A stretch of DNA of 64,000 nucleotides from NCBI GenBank assembly GCA_028534125.1, contig CM052818.1:5830001-5894000 (forward strand), given 5' to 3'. Source of the stretch: Lama glama. Taxonomy: Eukaryota. The position numbers and the translations under genes were made by a program. Shown one piece after another: positions 12,701 to 25,679 of this stretch. The notes under the pieces are model-generated. The model did no database searches. It was not told the DNA's origin and saw nothing but the letters and a program-made list of their open reading frames with translations. How positions within the stretch are numbered: the first letter of the stretch is position 1; each line of letters begins with the position of its first letter.

Positions 12701-15698
12701 GAACCGTATGATCCTAGATCTCCATTCCTTCTGTGAGCACCTAGCACACCTAATGATAGTAAGTCACCCCTGTCCTCACGAAAGGATGATGACACTGCTG
12801 TCTGTGCTGACAAGATTGACACCTGAGGGTGGCAGAACTTCAGAGAGAGGGTGCCTAAGTTTTCAACACCGTGACGACGCCAAGTCAACCATGAAAATGA
12901 GACAAACTTCTCTCTTATCTAAGCGACTAGGTCTCATTCATCACCCAAACATGCATCGGAAGTAATCCATCCCGGGTGAGCTGGACTTTGTTCAGAGACC
13001 GAACCAACTGAATAGAAGCCATGATGGCTGAGACAAAGAGGGAGAGGCTGGGGGAAAATATAAAACATTTCCAAATAACAAATAGGCAGATTGGAAGAAT
13101 AATTGTTCTTAATGTCAAAATTGTCCCTGTATCAGATGTGATGTGGAAAAATACACACAAGGGAAATATACAGTTGAACCAGTAATATCATAACCTCTTT
13201 CCACTGATCCGTGGAAGTCACACTCCATTTTTTTACACTTCTAAGAGAAAACAAATCCCTGTTGCAAGTTTATTAAAAGTACCAGCAGCTTAGTTTACTT
13301 TATTATATTTGGTGTTAGGGCAATAGAAACAACATAAAGGCCTTTTGTCCTATTTTGCCTTTTTTCAAATGATACTAAATAATTTTTTTAAAGTCACTCC
13401 TTGTTGGCTCTTAAACATTCAAGTCACCACGATGCCGCTTGACACATTATTGGACGAATATTTTCAGGCTATCCCAAGACATGGTACATACCCCCAAATG
13501 CCTAAAATGCCTGGTATCCACTGTGGGAACCAAGACGTCTACAGTTTTCTTTATAGAAGGATTTTACAGAGACTTAAAAGGAGGGACTAGGATGAGGGTT
13601 GAGCTAGGCATACTCAAAAAAACAATAAAGATGCCATTGTCTATTTACTTGTTATAGAGATGATCAGATTTCCCCTAGATGTTCTCCAAACAGGCTGGTC
13701 ATCAGGTCCAAGGAGACTGATGCTCTAATACTGCCAACAGGGTGACTTAGAGCCGAGATGGACTTGTTCAGCTGGTTTCTTCAGTTCTGGAAACCTCGCC
13801 CCGTGCACCACCCCCACACCCATGCCTGTGCCTGCATTTTGAGTCCTGTTCTTCTCCATAGTTCCTTTTTTTGGAAAACCCTCCTGCCCCATTCTTCTCA
13901 GTCTTAACTCTGTACATCTTCAGATTCTCACAGCATCCATGAAATCTTCCTCTATTGCTTAGAAAGCTGACTGTTCTCAAATGGGGTTTCTGGACCTGAA
14001 GTTTTTAGCCCTTCAGCCCATGATGGTTCATACAGATCAGGGTTGTTTCAAGTATAGAGTTTTCTCTTCCCAACTAGATTTTTTACAAGCAGAGAGGCCA
14101 TCTTCCCCGCTCCTCTATTTCCTGTAGATCTGAGCAGCCGCTGGATGCATTGGAGATACTCCCTAACGAGTAGCGGGTATTCAATGAAAATGATGGATTA
14201 GTTGTTAAAACCTTCAAATATCTTTAATTTCTTCTTCTATAATGTCTTTTAACTTTTTCTCATCAGCTAGTGTGTGTGTGTGCATGTAAATGCATGTGTT
14301 TATTTAGTTAACAAACATTTATCGAGGCACAGTGCTGGCAGCTGGTGACAAAAACTGGATGTGACAATACCTTGGTTTCCTTTGTCCTGGGCAGGGGAGG
14401 AAATGGTTATTTAGACACAGTCAGGAGGAGGGACTGACTCGAGCAGAAGAACAAGGATGGAAGCGTCTTGCACTTCCAGGGACACAACACACATTCAGGA
14501 GGTATCTGGAAATGTGATTCAAGGAGTCCAACATGGGGATTTGGGCTGGACGTGGATCTCTGGACCATGTGGGAGACATCTGCCTGGAGAAGATGCCAGA
14601 CATTTGCTGGACCTGTGGGTCCAGTTAAGTTTTCTAGAGGGACAGGGGAAAAAAAAAGAAAAATTTGAGCAGTGGTATTATATGACAAATAAAACATGTG
14701 TAAGTAGGTGATCTTTTAAAACCTGCAAACAGCATCACTAGTAAGCGCTTGGAGAACTGGGGGCAATTCCCAGGTCATTGCTAGGAACTGCCTGCTCCTC
14801 ATTTGTCTGAATATTTTGAACCTCTGTCTGATGCTGGTTGGTCTGGTTGGCAGTTCGGCCAGGGCTGCAGAAGGAGGTACAGGTTCTGGCCAGACTCTAC
14901 CACAAGAAGCAGACAAACAAGAAGAATTCAAAGAGCCTGGATTACCACGTACTAGAGGATCAGACTGAGGGTCTCCCCATTTCCCTTTTCCCTTGAATTG
15001 ATGCAACGTGAGGCTCTGGTCCTAGTTCTGCTACAAGTTAATGCTATTGCCTTGGGTAGCTCTCACCTCTCTGGGGCTTAGATTATAAGAAGTGAGGAAC
15101 CAAATAATTTAGGACAACTCAATACTCCAAAATTCTCTTCACATAAAACAGATTATATGAAATCACTTTGGTTTATAGATGTCTTCTGACCCTCAGAACA
15201 GGTCCAAATACATCCATCCTTGATGCTTGTGGTCCCCTAGACAGTCTCCAGTAAAGGGCCAGTCAGAAACCTTGCCTTTCTTACAGTCTAGAACCAGAAG
15301 ATCAGAAGGCTGGTACCCATGTCAGTGTGCCTCTTGAGCCTAGAACAACCCCCTTGCTGTCCCAACTGATATCTGAAAGCGCGTTGTTAGAAAGGAATTT
15401 TTTTAAGAGTTCTGTTTCGTAACTTCAAGTCTTCAAACCCCTCAGTGGTAAATGAGGTTGTTCGCCAGGTGGTGTGAGAAACTATAGGATAGCTGTTGTG
15501 AAATCACCTCAGGGCATCAATTTAACTCAACATTTTAAGAGAAAAAGCAATTTCCAGGTAACCTAAACACTATGGAATAGAATGCAAACTCTGTATTCCG
15601 CCTATAGACTGCACAAGAAATGTCAACAATGCAGCCTGGCACTTTCTGGTTCCTCTGGGTTACATGACCCTTTTGCAAGGACCAAAACCTCTCACTTT

Positions 15699-15819
15699 AT
15701 TTTTCCTTTTTTCTTGAAGTCTAGTCAGTTTACAGTGTTGTGTCAGTTTCTGGTGCACAGCACAATGTTTCAGTCATACGTGTACTATACATATACTCCT
15801 TTTCATATTCTTTTTTATT
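15699..15819 (-). mobile_element. Very short LINE-1 3' terminus with a perfect 13-bp target-site duplication
   Basis: AACCTCTCACTTT at 15686-15698 and 15820-15832 flanks TTGAAGTCTAGTCAGTTTACAGTGTTGTGTCAG. Confidence 0.9.
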
Positions 15820-17159
15820 AACCTCTCACTTTTTGTTAAGACCTGGCACTGTTGCAAAGCATGTCTTTGCTCAATAGATCTATGAGGTATTTAACACTCT
15901 CAAGTACCTGAGAATTTCTTCTTGAGCTAGACGAGCAGATTTCTCTCTCTCTCTTTTTTTTTTTTTTTACCCTTAGGAAAACCACGGGCTAAAATTTGGG
16001 GAATTTTGGCTGGCACTGTGCTGACGGTTTTTGTCTTTACCAGAAAATTCATTTCTGGAGGGACTGGGGGCAATTTAGCATGAAGAATCTGGTTCCATTA
16101 GTTACATGATGTGCTCATAAAAGCGTAGCTGGGTATGGCTTTAGAAGACCTCAAATGTCCCTCAGGTAATGATTTGATTACCTAGAAAAGGCAGAATATC
16201 TAATCCTTTGGACCCGAGTAGTTGGTGTTGCTCTTGTCAACTCCTGACCGAAAGCAATGATTTCCCAGGTTTTAGAAACAAATGAACCATAGAAGAGCAG
16301 CTGTAGAACTTGTTGTTAGAAAATATGATAATGACCGAGTTTGACATGTGCTATGACAACAGTCTTGCTCATCAATAACTTCCCTCTTAAAACAGTCGTG
16401 AAAAACATGTTGGGCAGCCAGTTCCCGGCTCTACGTGCCAGAGGGAGGGCGTGGTAGGGCAGAAAATCCAGGGCAACAGATAATCCCCAAATCATCTGTT
16501 GTTTGGCCTCAGGAGGTATCATATTTTTGATTTTTAACATTTTTTGGCAGCAGATTCACATCCTTTAATCAGATTCTATGCAAGTTATTGTCAATATTAG
16601 CTTCACTTTCTGGAAAGACACTCATGGCTGGTAGGAGAGGCCACCCTGGGCAGCAAGAGAAATTCATTTGGGGATTAAAAATTAGCAGGAGACAACTCTG
16701 ACATGGATAATCCTCCTGTGGATAATTAAGTGTTGACTGGCATTCAGGGAAATGCACTTACAGCAGAGGAGAGTGTGGGATGCTCTGGTGTAATTAGGTT
16801 GGTAGCGGGAAAAGCTTCACTTCTTACAGCAAAGAGTTGCTCAAGGAAGGCAAAACAAAACTGAACTGAAAACCAACAGCCTGAAGACCGAGACTGCAAA
16901 TCACACACGGAAGCAATGATGAGAATGTCTCAATCCAAGGGTGTTACAAAGGCTGGAGGTTGGATGGGGGTGGTTGATGGTGGTCTAATAGTTTTCAAAG
17001 TATATTAAATATTAATTCAACCATGCATCTTTCCTGAGGTCTTGCCTTTATCTCAAGACCTCTGGTTTCCTTTTATTTTTTTTTTTAATCTCTAGCTAAG
17101 GCTTTATAGAAAGCTTGTGTTTGGCACATTCCATGTGACACTGGAGCAACTTAGTGAGG

Positions 17160-17290
17160 AGAAAATGGACAATGGAGGAATACTAGCATCCCTACTTCTC
17201 TATGCTGTCCAAGGGGAACATGGTTCTCTATCTTGCAGGAGAGTCATTAGGATTAGAGAAAATGTATGTGAAGGGCTTGGTATGGCTGCA
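17160..17290 (+). mobile_element. MIR SINE 3' part
   Basis: TCTTGCAGGAGAGTCATTAGGATTAGAGAAAATGTATGTGAAGGGCTTGG. Confidence 0.5.
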
Positions 17291-17355
17291 AAGGGAGCAG
17301 CATATCTGTTACAGATACGTCTTACTCTCACTGATAATTGAATTAAGGATATCTT

Positions 17356-17596
17356 GTTGTGTATTTTATGTATAGTAGTTGGTATCTTCAAATCTCAAAT
17401 TCCCAATTTATCCCTTCCCATTCTTCTGTATAGCACAGAGAACTATATTCAATATCTTGTAGTAACCTATAATGGAAAAGAACATGAAAATGAATACATA
17501 TATGTACACGTATGACTGAAACATGATGCTTACACCAGAAATTGACACAACATTGTAAACTGACTATACTTCATTAAAAAAAATTTAAAAAACTTT
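17356..17596 (+). mobile_element. LINE-1 3' end with inverted 5' segment (twin priming)
   Basis: About 17356-17425 is antisense L1 3' UTR, about 17426-17590 is sense with an A tail; TSD TTAAGGATATCTT (17343-17355) vs TTAAGGAATATCTT (17597-17610). Confidence 0.85.
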
Positions 17597-17706
17597 TTAA
17601 GGAATATCTTATTCTTATTAATGATAATGATATCCCAATGGCAATATCACCTTTTACTGATGTGTCGAGACAAATAAAATAAATCATGTAAAAGATTAGC
17701 TCTTTG

Positions 17707-17779
17707 GTTTTTTTTTTTTTTAGCTACACATTTTTTAAAATTGTTTGTCTGGGGCTTTTCTTGGGGGGCAGGTAACTAG

Positions 17780-17811
<32 letters not shown>

Positions 17812-17891
17812 CTTAAGATACTGGGGATTGAACACGTGACCTTGTGTATGCGAAGCACGCACTCCGCCACTGAGCTATTACCCTCACGATC
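17707..17891 (-). mobile_element. tRNA-derived SINE, camelid Vic-1-like
   Basis: Reverse complement reads GAGGGTAATAGCTCAGTGGCGGAG (A box)...GTGTTCAATCCCCAG (B box), then (TAAA)n and an A tail; TSD AAGATTAGCTCTTTG (17692-17706) vs AAGATCAACTCTTTG (17892-17906). Confidence 0.85.
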
Positions 17892-18411
17892 AAGATCAAC
17901 TCTTTGAATACACATAGCATTACCTTGTAAAATTGAGTTTTCCACAAGTAGGCTCAGTGGCAAAATTAAGACTTAGGACTATTCTGATGGAGCAAGTTTA
18001 GATGTTTAGAAACTAGATGAAAGATTAGAGGACGTCCTCTGCAGATTTTGTCAATAAAATAGTGATCACCCAGCCATGCGGGGCAGACCAAGGGTAGGCG
18101 TGACTTCCGGGTGTCTCCTTCTCACCCGCTGTTTGTTGTTCTTGGCTGCTGCTAAGAGGGCTTCCACTGGGACTTGAGTCTGCTTGCATCTAGAAAATGC
18201 GCTGAACACAGCACATTCAAATGGCTTGTCGATAGTTCATTCATTTGGAGTTGTGAAAAACAGCTCCTGCCACATGACATACATGGGCCTCCTAAGTATT
18301 TGTTGAATGGATGTAGGAAGTCCAGGAAACTAATAAATAGGTGTGTGACCATGGAATCTTAACACTGAAAGGAATCTTAGAAATCATCTAGTTCAAGTGA
18401 AAAATAGATAA

Positions 18412-18730
18412 GCAATTCTTTTAGTCTGTTATAACAATGGCAGAGACTGGGTGGCTTATAAAAAACAGAGATTTACTTCTCATGGTTCTAGAAGCTGGAA
18501 TCCAAGATCAGGATGCCAGCATGGTCAAGTAAGGGCCCTCTTCTGGGCCACAGACTTCTCATTGTAGCCTCACGTAGCTAGCAGAAGGGGCTAGCTAGCT
18601 CTCTGAAGCCTTTTTTTTTTTTTAAAAGGCATTCATCTCATTCATGAGGGTGCTTTATGAACTAATCATCTCACAAAGGCTCCACTTCTTAATACCATTT
18701 GGGGGGACACAGACATTCAGATAACAGCAA
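18412..18730 (-). mobile_element. MLT1A-like MaLR solo LTR
   Basis: AGACTGGGTGGCTTATAAAAAACAGAGATTTACTTCTCATGGTTCTAGAAGCTGG...TTGGGGGGACACAGACATTCAGATAACAGCA. Confidence 0.85.
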
Positions 18731-18739
18731 TAATTTAAA

Positions 18740-19115
18740 TATTTTCAATAGAAGATGTGTAAAATAAATTATGCAAACCCTTAAATGGAACACTATACAG
18801 CTGATAAAAAGGAAGTATGCCTTGATGTATTCTCAAGGCAAGGTGTTCACCATATTTTATTTTAAAAAGCAGTCATAAATGCACTGTATAATTCCACTTG
18901 CATGTTGAAGTACAATATAATTGTTTGAATAAGTCCAGAAATGTTTGGAATGATAAAAGAAATTTGAACAGTGGTTTTCTCTAGGCACAGGTTGGGGACG
19001 TGGATAAGATAAGAGAAGAGAGGGGAAACTATACCATTTTGATTCAGGAAGTAATGGGCCATTTGATTTTTTTTTTAAACAAGCATATATCACTTTCACA
19101 ATAATTAAAAAGAAA
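18740..19115 (+). mobile_element. Old L1ME-type 3' end fragment
   Basis: AATGGAACACTATACAGCTGATAAAAAGG...AACAGTGGTTTTCTCTAGG...CAAGCATATATCACTTTCACAATAATTAAAAA. Confidence 0.65.
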
Positions 19116-19139
19116 CTAAAAAACTTCACATAGTTCAGC

Positions 19140-19765
19140 TTTCTTTTCTTTTAAAAATTTAAGAAATTAATTTATTTTGAATTCAGCCTTGTTGAGGTAT
19201 AACTGACAAATAAAATTCTAAGATATTTAAAGTGTACATTGCAGTGATTTGACAAAAGTATCCATTGGGAAAGGATTCCCCCCATCCAGTTAATTTACAC
19301 ATCCATCTCCTCACATATTTATCTTTTTTGTGTGTGAGAACATCAAGTTTTACTCTCTCAGCAATTTTCAATTATATGATACAGTGTTATCAACTACAGT
19401 CACCATCTTTTACAGTAGATCCTCAGTCAGACCTTATTCATCTTATAGCTGAAAGCTTGTACCCTTGTACCAGCCTCTCCCTATTTCCTTCACCCTTGCC
19501 AACCACTTTTCTACTCTTTGTTTCTATGAGTTTGATTTTTTTAAAAAAAGATATATGTAAATAGTACTGTGCAGTAGTTGTCCATCAATGGATGAATGGA
19601 TAAAGAAGACATGATATAAATAGCCAATGGAATATTATTCAGCCCTGAGAAAGAAAAACAACCTATCATTTGCAATAACCTGGATGAACCTGGAGGGCAT
19701 TACGCTCAGTGAGAGAAGCCAGATAGAAAAAGACAAGTACTGCATGGTGTCACTTATATGTGAAG
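19140..19765 (-). mobile_element. L1MA/MB-type 3' end with inverted 5' segment (twin priming)
   Basis: About 19140-19582 is antisense (TTGAGGTATAACTGACA...); about 19580-19765 is sense (GTCCATCAATGGATGAATGGATAAAG...; translation MEYYSALRKK...WMNLEGITLSE). Confidence 0.85.
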
Positions 19766-21759
19766 TCACCTTTCCTCTTTCACAGAAGAAGAAACCAAAA
19801 CTCAGAGAAATTCTGGTGGTAGAAGCTGGTAACTGAAAGACAACTTAGTAACCCTTGAATCCACCCTCCTCATAGTGCAGATAAGGAAACTGCGGCACAG
19901 AGATGTGAGGTGAGTTATGGTTTCTAAGACTAAAGCCTGGGGAGAAATGCAGTTGGCTACGTTGGTGTTGGAAAAAAATGCAGCTACTCTGCACATGCTG
20001 AAAAATCGATTCCAACTGACTTGCTCATTTTGGGTGACATAAGTGTTGACTTCAGACAATTTGGTGGGCAGCATTTATTTTCCTATTTAATAGAGTGTCA
20101 GAAAGAGTACCGTGGGCACCTCCTAAAAGGCTTGCAGGTGGTGGTCTTCAAAATACAACCCCCAATCCTCGAAGAGAATAAAAATGAATATTCTAGCTTA
20201 ATGATAAATATAAGGTATATTCAGATATCAAAGCAGGGACAGTCATGAAAAAAATCTATGAATGTCAAAGAGAAATACATATGTGTATCTATTTATATCT
20301 ATTTATGTAAATGTATAAAACACAATAAATCACATTTCAAAGCTATAATGTATTAAACCAGAAAAGGCCAGACTTCAAAGAAATTTGCTCTTTGAATAAA
20401 TTCACCAATGCTCTTTCAATAATTTACTTCTTCTCAAGTTACATTTTGCATGTGTCCCCGGGGAGGGACAATAATGCCTCTGAAATTTTAACGGGAGCAG
20501 AGAGAAATCCAGATGTATTGATACACTCTTGGTTAAATGGTCATAGTAATGAAAGAACATAGTGACCATCTTTTGTTGCAGGAAGATTGTGTCTATGATT
20601 ACACACCTGCAAACCGATCTTGTAGCTAAAACCCATCACTCTGGCATGGCTGAGCTGCTTCTGGTCTCGCTGGCTGTGCTATGCGTTTGTCTGTATTCCT
20701 CACACACAGAGAAGTGGAAAATTGAGACCACTCCCTGAATAGCTCAAGCCTCAAATGAACATTTGTCCAATAATCTGGATATTTTGATTGTAACAGAATA
20801 ATTCCCTATTTCCCCAATTTTTCGCCTCACTCTGCCCAGGCCGAACATAAAATATACCAAGTTTACGGAAGGGCTGTTATCAGAAGAAAGGAGTCTGAGA
20901 AGTTAATGTAGCTACGAGATGATTCAGCTCCAAGCCCCAAAGCAGCACCTGTATTAAATCACGGCTCAGGGGCGTGTTTGAGAGAAGAGCTGTGTCCACC
21001 CGCCTCTGGCTCTCCACGAAATCCTCCCGGAGGAGATGCTGGCATGCTCCCGGGGCAGGAAAATAGGAGCCCAAGTCAAGAAAACCACAACATCTGGAAC
21101 GGGAGGAAAGATTTCACTGGAAAGAACTTGACAAACTCTGAAAACAAAGTTCTAGACTTGACTCATTTATTTTGGCTGCAAAGCCGAGCTCAATGCAAAG
21201 CTCAAAGAGGATTTGTCCGAGGCTCCTTTCAAAGAAACAGAAAGCCAACCCGCACGAAAATTAATGCATCGACTGCATAAACAGTCGAGATAGTTATCTG
21301 ATACTGAGGGAATCGAGCCCCGCTCGGCCTTTTTGTTATTTATGGGATTATTATTGGAGGAAACAGAAGCAATTAGATATCCCCTTGCTCTCAGAGCAGG
21401 GGAAGGAAAAAAGGTGTCAAACATAGTTTTTCAATTTGGTCTCTTGATCATTTCGCCCTCGCTACATCTTAAAACCCAAATATACATACGCCCCCAGTGC
21501 CCCACGCGCTGGGCTCTCTCCCCGCTGTTCCTTTGACTGTTTCTCTTTTATCCTTTGAAAACTCCCTGGATTTTGCATGATGTATGGAAAGACTTGAAAA
21601 TGTCTTAAGAATAGAAGTTGTAACTTTAACAACAAAGTACATTTATTATTGTATGTGAGTGCAAAAGGAATACGTATGTGTATGTGTACGTTGTGGAAAA
21701 CAGAGGGGAAAAGAACCCTAAGAAAATCACTTCTATTGTAGAAAACATTTGCCATTCTT

Positions 21760-22300
21760 TCGTCTGCCCAGCTTTTGAAGCCCCCGTTTTGGAGGGATTT
21801 CCCACAGTGTCTTTTCAGGAGTCAAATGATGATGTAGCAAAACCGTTCCGCCAGCAGACGCATGCGCCTGGTGAAGGGTTTGCATCCGGACCAAGTGACA
21901 CGCGAGCGGAGTCAGGAACTCATCCCGGTGTTAGGAGCGCCGCGTCTGTTCCCCAGCGCCCGCAGTGATGGGGCGCGCTGTCTGCCCAGCGCGGCCACGG
22001 TGCCCGCTGGGACCCCCCAGTAAGACGGCAGGGGCAGCAGGGGCCCGACCCCGTGGACGCTGTTTGGGGACTTGGCTGTGGTTCTGTCTGCGAAGGGCTT
22101 GCTTCCCCTGTGTCTGCCTGTTTCCCTGACCTGTCCTGTAGATTTCCAGTGCTCCCGTGGGCGCCTCAATACCCACTCGGTAAATGTTCCTGCTTAAGTG
22201 AGGCAAAGAAGGTTTCTGCCGTTGCAGGTTAGAACCCCGACAGGTACTCCCAGAATTCCTTTACTCGTAGATCGCCCCCGTCGCCCCCGCATATTTTCAT
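21760..22300. promoter_or_regulatory. Small CpG island, putative promoter or enhancer with an NRF1 motif
   Basis: About 24 CpGs counted in 21841-22080 against a CpG-depleted background; ACGCATGCGC at 21858-21867; no repeat recognised. Confidence 0.6.
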
Positions 22301-22564
22301 GGATAGTGGTCTGGCCTTTCTTCTTGTAGCTGTTTTGCCAACTGAGGGGAGAGTTCTTGATAGGTGGTTTGGACAACAGCATGAGCGACGTATGTGGCCT
22401 GAGATGGGCAGGTTTATTTTTCGCTTTCCTCAGAGGTCCAGAGGCGTATTCGTCACTTTCCTTAGCTTCCGGCCCAGGTGACTGGGAATATAAAAATTTC
22501 CAGAGTAGGCACTGGGACACCTGACGCAGGTGATATTTTCCTCTAACAGTAATGCGAAGAGTTG

Positions 22565-22830
22565 TGATTTCATTTCTGAGTGCCTGCTGTTTACCAGGTC
22601 CTTTCCTGAGTGCTTTACAGAGGTTAGCCCATCTGTTCCTCGTAAAATTCCTATGTGGTAGAGACTCTTTCATTAACTCCTCACAGTATTCCCTGAGGTA
22701 GACATTGTTATTGCTCCCATTTCAGATGAGCAAACTGAGGTTTACAAATATCAAGTAGCTTGTCTAAGTTCATAAGCGGGAGGGGATGGCTCCAGAATTT
22801 GTACCCAGGTTGGTTGACTCCAGAAACTTC
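22565..22830 (-). mobile_element. MIR SINE
   Basis: CCCTGAGGTAGACATTGTTATTGCTCCCATTTCAGATGAGCAAACTGAGG matches the MIR core. Confidence 0.8.
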
Positions 22831-25344
22831 TCTTCAAACCACATCAACAAGTCTGTCCTCAGGTGGGGCTGTTGGAGCCATAGGTCATTAGTACACTGGC
22901 TTTTTTTGTACACTGTTAGAACAAGAGTGTTTACTGTAATCCTGCTCTGTGCAGGGTACTATTTTAAGGGTAACAGATAATGAAGAAATTGAAGGCATAC
23001 TCCTTTAACTCAAAGCTCAATAATAGAAGTCACATGCCTTCAGAGACTGCACTGTGGTTTACACAGCATTTTAATATGAATCATCTCACTTAGTGTCATG
23101 AAATGACCAGAGAATAACAACAAAGAATAATGCCAAGAACTGCAAAAATAACTTGGGGCTTAGAGAAAAAAGTGAAGAGAGAGGAGGTGAGGTTAATAAG
23201 GGTGAGCTTCTAAGATAAATTTTTTTTTTAGGAATTTCTTGAAGTTGATTCTAGTGCTTGATGGTGAACAGGTACAGAGAATTTCACTACTGAGTTATTT
23301 ATGCATACAATGGTCAGCAGGCTGTGCTGAGTTTGGCGGGGTATGTTTTTAAATCTTGATGTGATTAGGGATGGACTTGGCATTCGTTGGTTTCTGTTAA
23401 GTGGAATCTTTTGCAAGGACTGGTTCAACAAGAGGGCTTACATGAAGAGTGGATGGGCTTAATAAAAACCCCATCAGAGCCATGATGTACCATCACCCCT
23501 TAGATCTACAAAGGAGCCCTGAAGTGAGGTCTTACTACTGGCTGCTGGCGAGCCCACGATGGACACAGTTGTGCTGCCCTTGTCCTCAGGGACCCTTACT
23601 TTGGGTAGAAAGAGACAAACATGAAAGAATTGTGTGTGTGTTGGGGGGAGCTACTCCTGCTGTTCTGACGCTGAGGCAGACTTCATGGAGGAAGTGTGAT
23701 AAGGAACACTTTCTGGTGCCTAGAGTAACAAAATCCCGTCAGAAAGACACATATTCTGGCAAATTCAGGGTTTTCACGTCAGCTACAACACGGCCCCCTT
23801 GCTTGTGTTGTAAACGGAATGTCAGACAGGTTGAAAATCACTGCCGGCGAGCTGAAAGCACCCGCAATTTTGAAAAGTATAATCCGACTGAAATTGGTTT
23901 GCATCAGAATAAAGGAATTTCTTGCTAAAACAAAGAATGGCAAAATGCTTGCTTTGTCCTTTCTCTTTTTCTTTCAACCTCTAAATTGCTTTCTTTCCCT
24001 CCAGACGATTAAACCTGAGTAACTGAGAACTATCAGGTGACTGCAAGTGTCACCAGTCTTCCCACCTTCTCCTTTTTCTTAATGAGTTTGCATTTTCTTC
24101 ATAAAAATATTTGAAAGTAACATTTTCATTTCTTTAGACTTGAACCAAGATAAAAGGAGACCAGTGGTGCAGAGAGTGCATCTAGGGAGGTGCTGGAGGG
24201 AACCGGCTTCAAAGGGCGGCCTCTGGAGGGTGACTCCCCATACTCTTCACCTTTGCCGCCAGTGGTTTCCTCCCCTGGTGAGAACGCAGCCAAGAAGCAC
24301 GAAGCCATTTGGAGGATCCAAATCTGAGCATCTAGTTTTAATTGGCCACAAACTAAGACATTCTCAAAGGGAAAGCTTGATAATGACAAGGATTTTGTGG
24401 GTAACTTGCCATTTCCATGCAAATGAAATTCAGGGACATTGACTCGGGAGCCTTGGATGGGTCTGTGTGAAAGGGAGGTTGTGCTCAGGCAAACTCCTGG
24501 TCATGACTTTGCAGGGCGAGAATGACTCTCTCCCACCCACAGCTCCAACTCATGGCTACAGCCCTCCCTGCCCCACCCATGGTCAACCAGGAGGTGCTGC
24601 TCACTGAAAGGGAAACCATCACAGGAGAGGGAACTCGCCTTGTCTTCTTGGTCGTGGTGCAGTGGCTGTTTTTGCCTTGGTGGTTGTCGTATGTCCTCTG
24701 GCTTTCTCTGCAACGGCCGGAGGTCAGACATGGTGTTGGCAGCCAGATTTGTTCTTCCCGGGGCTCCCTCACTAAAGTAGGCAACGTTTAGCTCACAGGC
24801 AGATGAAGGCTCCACAAATCTCAACATCCAAAGGCGGGGTTCCCCAGGCAAGAAAGCGCTGCCCGTGACTCTGGCTCCAGAGCAGGGAAGGTGGGACACA
24901 GGGCGTCCAGATTTGAGATCTTTGGCGAGGCGCAGAAAGGAGTTGGCATTCTCTTTTCCTCTGGGAGTATGCGAGGTGCACCCCGCCGGATGGATCTAAG
25001 AGCTGGGTTCTGAAGCAGTGACTTTCCACGTCAGCCCCAGAGCCCCAGTGCCTGGGTGCCGTCTGCTGCCCTGGGCTCTGCCTGTCCTTCGAGGATCAAT
25101 TCCTATCACCCCACCACACTCTTACAAGAGTCTTCTCCTTCTCTGAAATCACATGGCACTATTGTCTGAATCACGCAGATGACAAAGGCCTTATGTGGCA
25201 ATGTATGTCTCTCCAACCTCTCCAGCTCTTCAAAATCGAGGTAGTTCTCTGAGAAACAGCAAGATCCAGCCACGTGGTTACTAAAGTCCCATCACTCGTG
25301 ACTTGCTATCCAGCCACTACCCAAAGTGCCAAATACGTGATATT

Positions 25345-25510
25345 TTTATTTACAGTAGCTTTATCATAGATTTTGTTGTTGTTGTTGTTCGAATGTTCCT
25401 ATTTTTATATTTTCCATAGAGTACAATGAACTCATTTTCAGGGTACTACTGGGTGAATTTTCAGTCTTTGTATATACAACCTCTGGCCAAACCAAGATAT
25501 GGAGCATTTA
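25345..25510 (-). mobile_element. Old L1M 3' terminus fragment
   Basis: AATGAACTCATTTTCAGGGTACTACTGGGTGAATTTT...CAAGATATGGAGCATTT. Confidence 0.55.
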
Positions 25511-25679
25511 AAAATTTTTTTTAAAGGAAACATGGTATCTCTGCCAACAGTATCCTCAAAATCATAGTTTGATGTGCTAGTTAAACTTTTTCTAATACCC
25601 ATCAGAATAAATAACTGTAAATTATAAATGCTTCTGTTTCATCTAAAAGCATCTTGTGTGGCACCAGCTATTACTATAT

